Source: an uncultured bacterium (GTDB lineage Bacteria; Patescibacteriota; Minisyncoccia; UBA6257; 2-01-FULL-56-20). Taken from it: a DNA stretch of 64,000 bases. The translations under genes and the position numbers were made by a program. The first letter of the stretch is position 1. Every line of letters starts with the position of its first letter. The DNA is taken from NCBI GenBank assembly GCA_963719425.1, contig OY970382.1, positions 650,880-714,879 on the forward strand, given 5' to 3'. Below, piece after piece: positions 55,588-64,000 of this stretch. The notes under the pieces are model-generated. The model made no database searches, was not told the origin of the DNA, and saw nothing but the letters and a program-made list of their open reading frames with translations.

Positions 55588-56478
55588 CTATTTGACTGCC
55601 GCATCAATGGCTGCAAGGACCGCGCTCCCGTTCGCACCGACGCTCTGGCCAGCCGCATCCGTCGCTTCTTTCCCGTTCACGAACGTCATCGGCGTTGAAT
55701 TAACCCCGGCGTTCATGGCAGCAGCGTAATCCGCAGTGACCGTCGCAGTATATTTCCCGCTGTCAATGCAACTCGCAAATGCGGTGGTATTCATACCAAG
55801 CTGGCCCGCGAGCGTGAGGAACAGTGCGCGGTTAAAAAACCCATCATCCTCTGTGCCACCCTTCGCCTCGTCAGTCGCCTTCGCGGCATAGAGCGCATCG
55901 TGATACGGCCAGAATTGGTTCTCATCCTTGGCGCACTCCGCCGCCGCCCCGGCCGCGTGCGATTCCCCCACGCTGGATGAGGTGATCTCCGCGCCATCAA
56001 GGAATGGGAAGTCCCTAAATACGAGTTTTGCCTTTCCCGCGTTCACATAGTTCTGGATGATAAGCGGCTGAACCTGCTCGTAGAACCGCACGCAGAAGGG
56101 GCACTGGTAATCGCCGTATTCAATGACCGTGACGGGCGCGCTCGCATTGCCCAAGATCACATCGCGGGACCCGAGGGCGGGCGCCGTAGCTACCGCGGCT
56201 GAAGGAGCTTGCGCCGTCCCGCCGTTCGCGGCTGGGGCGCCGACGTTTCCCGCACCGGCGTTCCCTGTGCCGGCGCTTGGCGTACTCACGCCCGGCCGAT
56301 ACAGTGCCAAAAAAAGAACCGACCCGCAAATAAGCACCGCGGCAACGATAATGCTTATCGGAAGAAAGCGGTCTCTGCCCCTTGCCGGCAGTTTTTCTTC
56401 AACGGATATCTCATACCCATCTCCCCGCTTTGCCTTCTCGATAGTTTCCTTGAATGAAATTTTTTCTTGTTCTTCCAT
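55588..56478 (-). CDS. DsbA-like thiol:disulfide oxidoreductase (membrane-anchored)
   Basis: N-terminal TM, Ala/Gly-rich linker, thioredoxin fold with CPFC active site (YGDYQCPFCVRFYE). Confidence 0.7.
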   Translation of the reverse strand: MEEQEKISFKETIEKAKRGDGYEISVEEKLPARGRDRFLPISIIVAAVLICGSVLFLALYRPGVSTPSAGTGNAGAGNVGAPAANGGTAQAPSAAVATAPALGSRDVILGNASAPVTVIEYGDYQCPFCVRFYEQVQPLIIQNYVNAGKAKLVFRDFPFLDGAEITSSSVGESHAAGAAAECAKDENQFWPYHDALYAAKATDEAKGGTEDDGFFNRALFLTLAGQLGMNTTAFASCIDSGKYTATVTADYAAAMNAGVNSTPMTFVNGKEATDAAGQSVGANGSAVLAAIDAAVK

Positions 56479-56490
56479 GGGAAAAGTATA

Positions 56491-57186
56491 TCAGCCCCCA
56501 CCCCTCTGCGTCAACAAGGAATGGCCGTGAGGCCTATGGGCAAATAGTGCGTAATCGTTCGGAAAAAACTTCGCGGTGATCGCAAACACGCCGTACATGA
56601 TGAAGGGCGCCGCGAACACGTCAATGGAATAATGCACGTGCGCGAGAAGCACGGCGGCGCCGAAGACGACGGTGGCAACGATGAAAAAGCGGCGCCAGAA
56701 CTTTTCATCCCAAAAAATGAGCGCCATGAGATACGGAAATGCGGTGTGGCCCGAGAAGAAAAGATTCCCCTGGAACGTGAGGAGGTGATAGAAGCCGAAG
56801 CCGGTGTTCAGAGCGCTTGGCACGACGCCGCCGGGATAAATCCCTTCGCGGGTCAGGTTCATGAAAAACGCCCGACAGATGACGAACAACGCGATTGCCT
56901 TAATTCCAAACAGCAGGTAACGCGGGCGAACAACAAGCAAAAAGCAGGAAAAAATCCAAAAAAGAATGATGGCGCCCACGATGAGGAACCCAAGATTGAC
57001 GACGGGAAGATTGTCCAGAAAAAGGTCGCTTTCGGGAGGCGCCAAGAGCGCGTGGTTCGCGGAATAATGCCCGGCGCTTACCTGGACGAAAATCGCGATC
57101 GCCACAAGGAAAAGTCCGAGGTAGAGCGACCGCTTGCGCGCGGCGGTCCAGAAACCACCTCTGTGTTCGCGAAAAATATCAGGCAC
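56491..57186 (-). CDS. PAP2-superfamily membrane protein
   Basis: Polytopic protein with SGHTAF and HVHYSIDV motifs. Confidence 0.55.
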   Translation of the reverse strand: MPDIFREHRGGFWTAARKRSLYLGLFLVAIAIFVQVSAGHYSANHALLAPPESDLFLDNLPVVNLGFLIVGAIILFWIFSCFLLVVRPRYLLFGIKAIALFVICRAFFMNLTREGIYPGGVVPSALNTGFGFYHLLTFQGNLFFSGHTAFPYLMALIFWDEKFWRRFFIVATVVFGAAVLLAHVHYSIDVFAAPFIMYGVFAITAKFFPNDYALFAHRPHGHSLLTQRGGG

Positions 57187-57242
57187 GAAAATAGTATACC
57201 ATCTCGGAGGAAGCGGATGGAGTATAATGAATCGGTTATCTC

Positions 57243-57839
57243 ATGCCGTTCGCATCCCCCATCGCCTCGTGGCTTCTTACGTATCGCTATCCCATCCTCT
57301 ATCCGCTCGCGGTCGTGGAAGGACCAGTGGTCATGATGATCTCGGGCTTCCTTGTGCGCTTGGATTTCTTTTCATTCTGGCCGGTGTACCTCCTGCTCGT
57401 GGCCGGGGATCTTACGGGCGATATCCTTTGGTACCTGCTCGGCCGCCACGGCGCGCGGTCTTTCATAGAAAAATACGGGAGATTTTTCAGCATCACGGAG
57501 GAGAACGTGGAAAAGGCAGAGCAGTTTTTCCACAAGCACCAAGTAAAAATACTTTTCATATCAAAAATCACCATGGGATTCGGCTTCGCGCTCGCCACGC
57601 TCATCGCGGCCGGCGCCGCCAAAGTGCCGTTCAAGAAATATTTGACCATCAATTTCCTGGGGCAATTCGTCTGGACGGGGGTGCTGATGGCAGTGGGATA
57701 TTTCCTCGGCAACTTGTACATCATGGTTGATAAAAGCTTGCGCTGGGCGTTCATCATCGCCTTGATTGTGATCGCGGCCTTCGCGGCATACGGCTTCGGA
57801 AAATTCATGCGAAACCGCATACGCGGAGAGATAAATTAA
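57243..57839 (+). CDS. DedA/TVP38-family membrane protein
   Basis: …GDLTGDILWYLLGRHGAR… and KITMGFGFALATLIAAG motifs of the DedA family. Confidence 0.8.
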   Translation: MPFASPIASWLLTYRYPILYPLAVVEGPVVMMISGFLVRLDFFSFWPVYLLLVAGDLTGDILWYLLGRHGARSFIEKYGRFFSITEENVEKAEQFFHKHQVKILFISKITMGFGFALATLIAAGAAKVPFKKYLTINFLGQFVWTGVLMAVGYFLGNLYIMVDKSLRWAFIIALIVIAAFAAYGFGKFMRNRIRGEIN

Positions 57840-57852
57840 TATATCCTTCCCT

Positions 57853-59448
57853 ATGAAAATCTCCGTCATTATACCCACACTCAACGAAGAAGAGGCGATA
57901 GAAAAGACGCTGCGCCAGATCCACGATAACCTGACGGCGTTTGACCACGAGCTCATCGTGACCGACAGCGGGAGCACCGACCGCACGGTCGCGATCGCGA
58001 AACGGTACGCGCGGGTGGTCGTGGATGCGAGCCCGAGCCACACGATTGCGAGCAACCGGAACAACGGGGTGCGCATCGCACACGGCGAATTCCTCGTGTT
58101 TATTGATGCCGATGTCATTATCCCCGATCCAAACGCGTTCTTCAAAACCGCGCTCCAAGATTTTGCTGCCGACAAAAACCTCGTTGCAATCACTGCGCGG
58201 CTTATGGTATTTCCAGAATCCGCGACGCGCGCGGATAACTTCTTCTTCACATTGGTAAGCGTGGACCACTGGCTCAACAACAACGTAATCCGCATGGGAA
58301 GCGCCTCCGGTGAGTTCCAGATGATACGGCGGAGCGCTTTTGAGGCAGTCCATGGCTTCCAACCGCAGCTCGCCGTCGCGGAAGACAACGATATGTTCCG
58401 CCGCCTCACGAAGGTCGGCCGCACCAGGATGGAATGGCGCCTTATGGTATATCACACTGGCCGACGCATGCACGAACTGGGATGGCCGCGGGTGCTTTGG
58501 GATTGGGGCATCAACTATTTCTACGTCCGGCTCTTCAATCGTTCCTACAACAAAGAGTGGCGCCCGGTCCGCCTCATGAAATTGAGCTTCGTCATCCCCG
58601 CCTACAACGAGGAGCACTATCTCCCCGACTGCCTCAATACCATCTTGAAGCAAAAAGAAAAACTCCCATACGACATTGAGATTATCGTGGTGAACAACGC
58701 CTCCACCGACCGGACGCGGGAGATCGCCCGGTCATATGCACACAAGGGAATTATTGTGGTCAACGAACTGAAGAAGGGCCTCGTCCGCGCGCGTGCTGCG
58801 GGATTCCGCGCCGCGACCGGCGACCTTATCGCAAACGTAGACGCCGACACGCGCCTCACGCCGGGCTGGATAAAGAAGGTGATGGAGGCCTTTGCCAAAG
58901 ACGAAAAACTCGTTGCGTTCTCCGGCCCGTTCATCTATTACGACGTGCCGCGAACGATAAAAATGCTCACGAAAGTATTTTACTACCCCGGATTCTTGTT
59001 TTACCTCATCAACCGCTTCGTTCTCCGCGCAGGATCCATGCTGCAGGGCGGAAACTTCATCGTACGCCGGAGCGCGCTCACGAAAGCCGGCGGGTACAAC
59101 ACCGACATTGATTTCTACGGCGAGGATACGGACATAGCACGGCGCATGAGCAAGGTCGGGAAAGTGCGCTTCACGTTCAGTCTTCCGATGTATTCCTCCG
59201 GCCGGCGGCTCGCTAAAGAAGGAGCATTTACAATGGGCCTACGCTATGGGCTCAATTACTTCTGGATAATTTTCTTCAAGCGTCCGTTCAGTAAAGTATC
59301 GGCGGACATCCGCCTCACGAAAAAAAATGTGGCCGTCTACCAGCCGGAAAACCGCAAAAAGGAACTCATGATCGCCGCGGCCGCGCTCCTCATCTTCCTC
59401 GCGCTCCTCTGCGGCATTGGGTACCTCGTTTACCGCCTCGCGCATTGA
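57853..59448 (+). CDS. Tandem family-2 glycosyltransferase (two GT2 domains) with C-terminal TM
   Basis: Two copies of VIIP(T/A)(L/Y)NEE…DSGSTD/NNASTD…DAD GT-A motifs. Confidence 0.8.
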   Translation: MKISVIIPTLNEEEAIEKTLRQIHDNLTAFDHELIVTDSGSTDRTVAIAKRYARVVVDASPSHTIASNRNNGVRIAHGEFLVFIDADVIIPDPNAFFKTALQDFAADKNLVAITARLMVFPESATRADNFFFTLVSVDHWLNNNVIRMGSASGEFQMIRRSAFEAVHGFQPQLAVAEDNDMFRRLTKVGRTRMEWRLMVYHTGRRMHELGWPRVLWDWGINYFYVRLFNRSYNKEWRPVRLMKLSFVIPAYNEEHYLPDCLNTILKQKEKLPYDIEIIVVNNASTDRTREIARSYAHKGIIVVNELKKGLVRARAAGFRAATGDLIANVDADTRLTPGWIKKVMEAFAKDEKLVAFSGPFIYYDVPRTIKMLTKVFYYPGFLFYLINRFVLRAGSMLQGGNFIVRRSALTKAGGYNTDIDFYGEDTDIARRMSKVGKVRFTFSLPMYSSGRRLAKEGAFTMGLRYGLNYFWIIFFKRPFSKVSADIRLTKKNVAVYQPENRKKELMIAAAALLIFLALLCGIGYLVYRLAH

Positions 59449-60347
59449 AGGGTTTTTTTAATCCCATCGGTAAATTCGATCTCGGGTTTCCAGCCCAGAA
59501 TTTTTTTGGCCTTGTAGTTGGTTATTGAAATTCTTTTCACCTCTCCCTTCCTGAAGGGAACGTACACTGGTCTTTCTTTAAATCCGGTCCACCTGGCTAT
59601 GGCATCAAAAACCATTTGATCACTTATTTCCTTGCCAAGCCCGAGGTTGAGCGTCTCATCTTTGCCGCGTCTCAAAGCCAAGATATTGGCTCTTACTACG
59701 TCGTCAATGTGAATGTAATCCCTTGTTTTCGTGCCGTCACCGAAAATTGTCGGCCGCAGCCCCCCCTTCATCAATCTGCCGAATATCGCGACAGCTCCTG
59801 CTTCGCCTTTGGGATCTTGTCTTGGACCATACACATTGGCGTATCTGAAAATCAGATAGCGAAAGCCAAAGTTCCTTGCGTAGAATTTTATACATATTTC
59901 ATCAATATTTTTTGAGAGCGCGTACGGAGAAAGAGGCATCAGTTCCGTGGTTTCATCGGCCGGAAGTTTCTTTGGTTCTCCGTATATAGTTCCACCCGTT
60001 GATGGGAAAATGAACTTTTTAATACGGTACTTCCCGCCAGCGAGCAGTATGTTTATGGTTCCGGTTACATTGGTATCGAATGTCAGCATTGGATCGTGGA
60101 GCGATATGGCCACCCCCGATACCGCTGCAAGATGATTTACTACTTCTGGCCTTTCTTTGCTGAAAACGTCGCTGATTTTTTTTGCGTTGCGTATATCGAT
60201 TTCGTAGAATTTAGCTTTGGGATTTAGATTTTTCTTGAATCCCGTTGAGAAATTGTCAACAACCGTAACTTTGTGGCCGGCTTTGAGGTAAGAATCAACG
60301 ATGTGCGAACCTATGAATCCGGCTCCGCCCGTTACTAATATTCTCAT
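59430..60347 (-). CDS. NAD-dependent epimerase/dehydratase (UDP-sugar 4-epimerase-like SDR)
   Basis: MRILVTGGAGFIGSHIV Rossmann motif and YALSK catalytic YxxxK. Confidence 0.85.
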   Translation of the reverse strand: MRILVTGGAGFIGSHIVDSYLKAGHKVTVVDNFSTGFKKNLNPKAKFYEIDIRNAKKISDVFSKERPEVVNHLAAVSGVAISLHDPMLTFDTNVTGTINILLAGGKYRIKKFIFPSTGGTIYGEPKKLPADETTELMPLSPYALSKNIDEICIKFYARNFGFRYLIFRYANVYGPRQDPKGEAGAVAIFGRLMKGGLRPTIFGDGTKTRDYIHIDDVVRANILALRRGKDETLNLGLGKEISDQMVFDAIARWTGFKERPVYVPFRKGEVKRISITNYKAKKILGWKPEIEFTDGIKKTLQCARR

Positions 60348-60421
60348 GGTATATATTGTATCAGACAGTCTCTGTCTATAGAATAGTAGTCCTTTTTACC
60401 CTATACTATCGGTAAGTGTAA

Positions 60422-61732
60422 ATGATAAGAATAAAACAATTCATCCTGTTTTTGGGCGATATACTGCTCCTTTATGGGACGCTTTTTCTCACGATTTACG
60501 CGAGATATGGAGAAATAAATCATGGGCTTCTTAGGGCCCATCTTGTGCCCTTTTCTGTAATCTTTGTCATTTGGCTGGGACTTTTCTATTCGGCGGGATG
60601 GTACGAAATCAAAGCTATCGGGAAGAATCTGATCCTTTTGGAAACTATCATTGTTACGCTTATTGTGGGATTCGGCCTTGCCATCATCATCTTTTATTCC
60701 GTTCCGTACTTTAATATCGCGCCCAAAACCAACCTGGCGATTTTTACCGTACTTTTTGCAGCATTCGCTTTTCTCTGGCGTCTCTTGGTCGGCGCCGCCA
60801 TCAAAACGCCGCGTGAGAAAGTCCTGTTGATAGGCGGGAGTGCCGATGCCGAAGAGGTCAAGGAGCATCTGAAAAAAAATCCCCACATCGGATACAAAAT
60901 CCAATTCCACATGAAGAGTCCGTCGGCTCCCGAAGTTGAAAAATTGGGCGGTGTCATAGCGCGAGAGGGCACACACACGATAGTTATTCTCGAGACAGAA
61001 CAAAACAAAAACTACGTTGCCGCATCACTTTATAAGAATCTCGGTATGGGCGTTGAAATAATCCCCTTCGCAGATTTTTACGAAATGGTTTTCGGGAAGG
61101 TTCCCCTGGGAGAGCTCCGCGAAGAATGGTTTTTTGAGAACATTGCGAGGCGGCACAGGGGATATAACTTCGTGAAGCGCGGCACGGATATAATTGCCGG
61201 CGTTCTCGTAGGTATTTTTTTTGTGATCGTGTGGCTGCCCCTGTACCTTATGGTTACGTTTACATCCAAGGGGCCGTTTATCTTCAAGCAGACGAGGGTC
61301 GGCAAAAGCGGCACCACATTTACTCTCTACAAAATCCGCACTATGTACGAGCGTGATGGAAAAAATGGCTGGGAAGATTTGGATGACCATGTGACGCCGG
61401 TCGGCAGGATTCTCCGCACGACGCATTTGGATGAATTGCCGCAACTCTGGAATATCCTGAGGGGCGATGTTTCTCTCATTGGACCGCGGCCGGATTTCAT
61501 AGATTTCTTCAAAAAATTGGAAGAGAAAATTCCTTACTATGCCATTCGCACTCTCGTTAAGCCCGGCGTTACTGGTTGGGCTCAGACCAACTACCCAGTC
61601 ACGGCTTCGCTTGAAGAAACACGCGTGCGTCTGTCTTACGATTTGTTTTATTTGAAACATTACTCGTTCATGGTTGACTTGCTTATAGTTTTGAAGACGT
61701 TGAAGACGGTTTTCACGGCCGCCGGACGTTAA
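60422..61732 (+). CDS. Polyprenyl-phosphate sugar phosphotransferase (bacterial sugar transferase, WbaP/WcaJ-like)
   Basis: N-terminal TM bundle, then KRGTDII…SKGPFIFKQTRVG…LYKIRTM…DELPQLWNILRGDVSLIGPRP. Confidence 0.85.
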   Translation: MIRIKQFILFLGDILLLYGTLFLTIYARYGEINHGLLRAHLVPFSVIFVIWLGLFYSAGWYEIKAIGKNLILLETIIVTLIVGFGLAIIIFYSVPYFNIAPKTNLAIFTVLFAAFAFLWRLLVGAAIKTPREKVLLIGGSADAEEVKEHLKKNPHIGYKIQFHMKSPSAPEVEKLGGVIAREGTHTIVILETEQNKNYVAASLYKNLGMGVEIIPFADFYEMVFGKVPLGELREEWFFENIARRHRGYNFVKRGTDIIAGVLVGIFFVIVWLPLYLMVTFTSKGPFIFKQTRVGKSGTTFTLYKIRTMYERDGKNGWEDLDDHVTPVGRILRTTHLDELPQLWNILRGDVSLIGPRPDFIDFFKKLEEKIPYYAIRTLVKPGVTGWAQTNYPVTASLEETRVRLSYDLFYLKHYSFMVDLLIVLKTLKTVFTAAGR

Positions 61733-61750
61733 ACGGGTAAGGTATAACGC

Positions 61751-62734
61751 ATGAGCAACATCATCGTAACAGGTGCCGCGGGGTATGTCGGAGGAATGGT
61801 GGTTGATCGGCTGCTTGAAATTCATCCCGAGGTATCTGTCGTGGGAATCGATCTTCTGCCGATGCCGAAAGAGTGGCATCTGAAAAAGCGCGTTTCTTGG
61901 ATTCAAGCAGATTTGGCTACGGATGAGTGGCAAAAGAAAGCTCTCGGGCGTGGTCCGATTGACGCCATCATCCATTGCGCTTTCAGGATCCGCACGCCAT
62001 TTGGGAAGATTAAAGCCTATGAGAAAAACAATCGGACTGCTTCCGAAAATACTTTTGCATTCGCTTTTAAAAATAGAATTCCTTCCCTGGTTTATTTGAG
62101 CACCGTGTCCTTGTACGGAGCGCGCAGGGAAAACATCGGCCGGCTTTTGAAAGAAAATGATCCGTTTTTGGAAACGAAGAACCCGTATGGATATCAGAAG
62201 AAATTGATCGAGGAAGATTTGAATAGGCTCATCAGGTATATGAATCCAGTCACTCGGATAACAACACTTCGTTTGAACAGTGTGACCGGTCCCCGAAGCC
62301 AGAGCTTGTCCTCAAAATTCGGATTGATAACTTTTCTCAAGAAACTATTGCCGTTTGTCATTGAACTCAATCCGCATTGGGCGAGGCAATTCGTCCACGA
62401 AGATGATGTCGTCGACGCCATATTAGCTTCCTTGGCGCGTAACGGAGGAGAGATAATGACGCCTTACAACGTTGCGCCGAAACGATTTTTGGAGGTAGCC
62501 GATATCGCGCGCGCGTTGAATAAAAAAATCCTGCGCTTGCCGCCGTGGTTGGTCAAAGCAGCACTGTTTGTTCTCTGGCCCGTGAGTTTCGGAAAATTGG
62601 TTCCGGCGAGCGCGGCCGATGGCCTCATATATCCCGTCAACGTTGACGGTTCAGCCATTGAAAAGGATTTAAATTTCAAATATCGCTACACAGCCGAAGA
62701 AGCCCTCATCGGCAAGGTTGGCCGTTATGCATAG
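61751..62734 (+). CDS. NAD-dependent epimerase/dehydratase family protein
   Basis: IIVTGAAGYVGG Rossmann motif and YGYQK YxxxK. Confidence 0.75.
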   Translation: MSNIIVTGAAGYVGGMVVDRLLEIHPEVSVVGIDLLPMPKEWHLKKRVSWIQADLATDEWQKKALGRGPIDAIIHCAFRIRTPFGKIKAYEKNNRTASENTFAFAFKNRIPSLVYLSTVSLYGARRENIGRLLKENDPFLETKNPYGYQKKLIEEDLNRLIRYMNPVTRITTLRLNSVTGPRSQSLSSKFGLITFLKKLLPFVIELNPHWARQFVHEDDVVDAILASLARNGGEIMTPYNVAPKRFLEVADIARALNKKILRLPPWLVKAALFVLWPVSFGKLVPASAADGLIYPVNVDGSAIEKDLNFKYRYTAEEALIGKVGRYA

Positions 62735-62793
62735 TTCACAGTGCGGCGCGCCGCGACGCCAACTCGCGCGCTTCACGTATTTCCCCGCCTTCT

Positions 62794-63300
62794 TCAACCC
62801 GATTCCTTCGCCAGACGCCTTTTTACATATTCATCCAAAAGCCACGAGCTTGACTGCACCTTGCCGCCGATACCGACATTGAAGACCATTTTAATCCCGT
62901 ACTTTTTGCAAGTATCAATGTCCCAGTAGAGCGACGAGGCGGGATTTGCTGCGTTCTTTTTGTTTCGGTCGCCGCCGTTCGCGAAAATGTCCGGTCGCAG
63001 CGCGCGCAACTCGCGGGAAACGCTCATGGCTTTCGGGCCTTTCGGGTCAGGCCCATGTTTCGTGAGCACCACGCGATCCACCGGCCGCAATGCTTCAATC
63101 ACTTCTTTCCGCTCACGCTCCGGCATAAACACGTGATGCTTCTTCTTCCGCAGCCAGTGGTCGTTATTCAAAATCACCACCAGTTCATCGCCCAGCGCCC
63201 TCGCGTGCTCAAATAACCGCACGTGGCCGACATGAATCGGATCAAAACCACCGCTCACGGCAACCACGGTCTTCCCGCGTTGAACTGTCTTTCGTTTCAT
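62794..63300 (-). CDS. Cytidylyltransferase-like nucleotidyltransferase (HxGH; RfaE-domain-II / glycerol-3-phosphate cytidylyltransferase-like)
   Basis: VVAVSGGFDPIHVGHVRLFE (HxGH motif), 168 aa. Confidence 0.7.
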   Translation of the reverse strand: MKRKTVQRGKTVVAVSGGFDPIHVGHVRLFEHARALGDELVVILNNDHWLRKKKHHVFMPERERKEVIEALRPVDRVVLTKHGPDPKGPKAMSVSRELRALRPDIFANGGDRNKKNAANPASSLYWDIDTCKKYGIKMVFNVGIGGKVQSSSWLLDEYVKRRLAKESG

Positions 63301-63354
63301 TTCACGAAATGCTGATTTTACGGTATCCTTACGAATGATTATATCACATCCGCG

Positions 63355-64000
63355 ATGTTCCGAAAGTTAAAGTCTTTCCTTTTTGAAAACAAGACGGCGA
63401 AGCAAACCGTCGCCAAAAATACGCTCTGGCTTAGTATTTCCAATTTCGGCGGAAGAGCGCTCAAGGCCGTCATTATCATCTATGCCGCCCGCGTCCTCGG
63501 CACTGCTGGCTACGGCGTCTTTTCGTATGCCGTGACCCTGGCCGGCTTCTTCACGTTCTTCGTTGATCCCGGCGTAAATTCTATCCTGGTCCGCGACGGG
63601 TCGCGAGCGAATACGGAAGACCGGCGGGAACTTTTTTCGTCCTCGTTCATCCTGAAACTGGCATTTATCGCGATCGGCGTCGTTTTCGTGCTCTCCGTCG
63701 CGCCTTTTTTTTCGACGCTCCCCGGCGCAAAAACACTCCTTCCTCTCGTCGCGCTTATCGTTGTTTTTGACAGCTTACGGGATTTCTTTTCGTCCTTCTT
63801 CCGCGCAGAGGAAAAAATGCAATGGGACGCATTCACATATATCCTTGAAAACTTAGGTATCGCCGTATTTGGGTTCCTATTCCTGCGTATCGCGTCTACG
63901 CCGCTTTGGTTCAGCCGGGCGTATGTCGCCGGCACCGCTTTCGGCGCCCTGATTGCCGTTTGGCTCATCCGCCGTTCCCTTCGCGCGCTCGTATCGCACG
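63355..64000 (+). CDS. Polysaccharide flippase (Wzx/MOP family), partial, runs off window end
   Basis: ATG at 63355. Product is multi-TM (…NTLWLSISNFGGRALKAVIIIYAARVLGTAGYGVFSYA…), typical of the Wzx N-terminus. No stop before the window end. Confidence 0.6.
   Translation, partial: MFRKLKSFLFENKTAKQTVAKNTLWLSISNFGGRALKAVIIIYAARVLGTAGYGVFSYAVTLAGFFTFFVDPGVNSILVRDGSRANTEDRRELFSSSFILKLAFIAIGVVFVLSVAPFFSTLPGAKTLLPLVALIVVFDSLRDFFSSFFRAEEKMQWDAFTYILENLGIAVFGFLFLRIASTPLWFSRAYVAGTAFGALIAVWLIRRSLRALVSH

Noticed and set aside
1-64000. CRISPR array / cas genes
   Set aside because: No series of identical 25-40-nt direct repeats with unique spacers was found. The only arrays are the dyad array (variable repeats) and 21-bp coding repeats.

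Overview
This 64-kb window looks like bacterial chromosome, about 55% GC, densely coded with many small genes and Ser/Thr-rich surface proteins. It is possibly from an uncultivated or Candidate Phyla Radiation-like lineage (inference). Core genes I can support include groES–groEL, gyrB, secE–nusG–rpsR, serA–serC, pyrD, trxB with a glutaredoxin and a DsbA-like protein, htpX, a TldD/PmbA pair, two ABC/HlyD export operons, an FMN-binding protein/ApbE/membrane-flavoreductase cluster, a cell-envelope glycosylation cluster (tandem GT2, epimerases, sugar transferase, flippase), a HicAB pair and one tRNA-Ser(GGA). Three regions look accessory or mobile. (1) Positions 1-2700: the N-terminus of a large serine recombinase lies next to a 1.57-kb AT-rich cassette bounded by perfect 266-bp inverted repeats. 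(2) Positions 7234-13100: an AbrB-like gene and a second large serine recombinase are followed by a two-gene module whose second protein carries an Rx4H HEPN-like motif, then a ~450-bp array of stepwise-varying GT-NNN-CATTTG dyads open in nearly all reading frames, then small membrane proteins, then an AT-rich minimal nucleotidyltransferase gene flanked by ~95-nt direct repeats that share a GGTTC…CACCGC terminal motif with the inverted-repeat tips. (3) Positions 41800-48560: three copies of a ~115-230-nt repeat sit 3' of minus-strand genes, the last abutting tRNA-Ser, and bracket three large uncharacterised proteins (a Cys-rich protein, a Memo-like–CapA fusion, and an 807-aa membrane-anchored protein). 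No CRISPR array or rRNA gene was seen. All calls rest on reading the sequence and motif recognition; no database searches were run.
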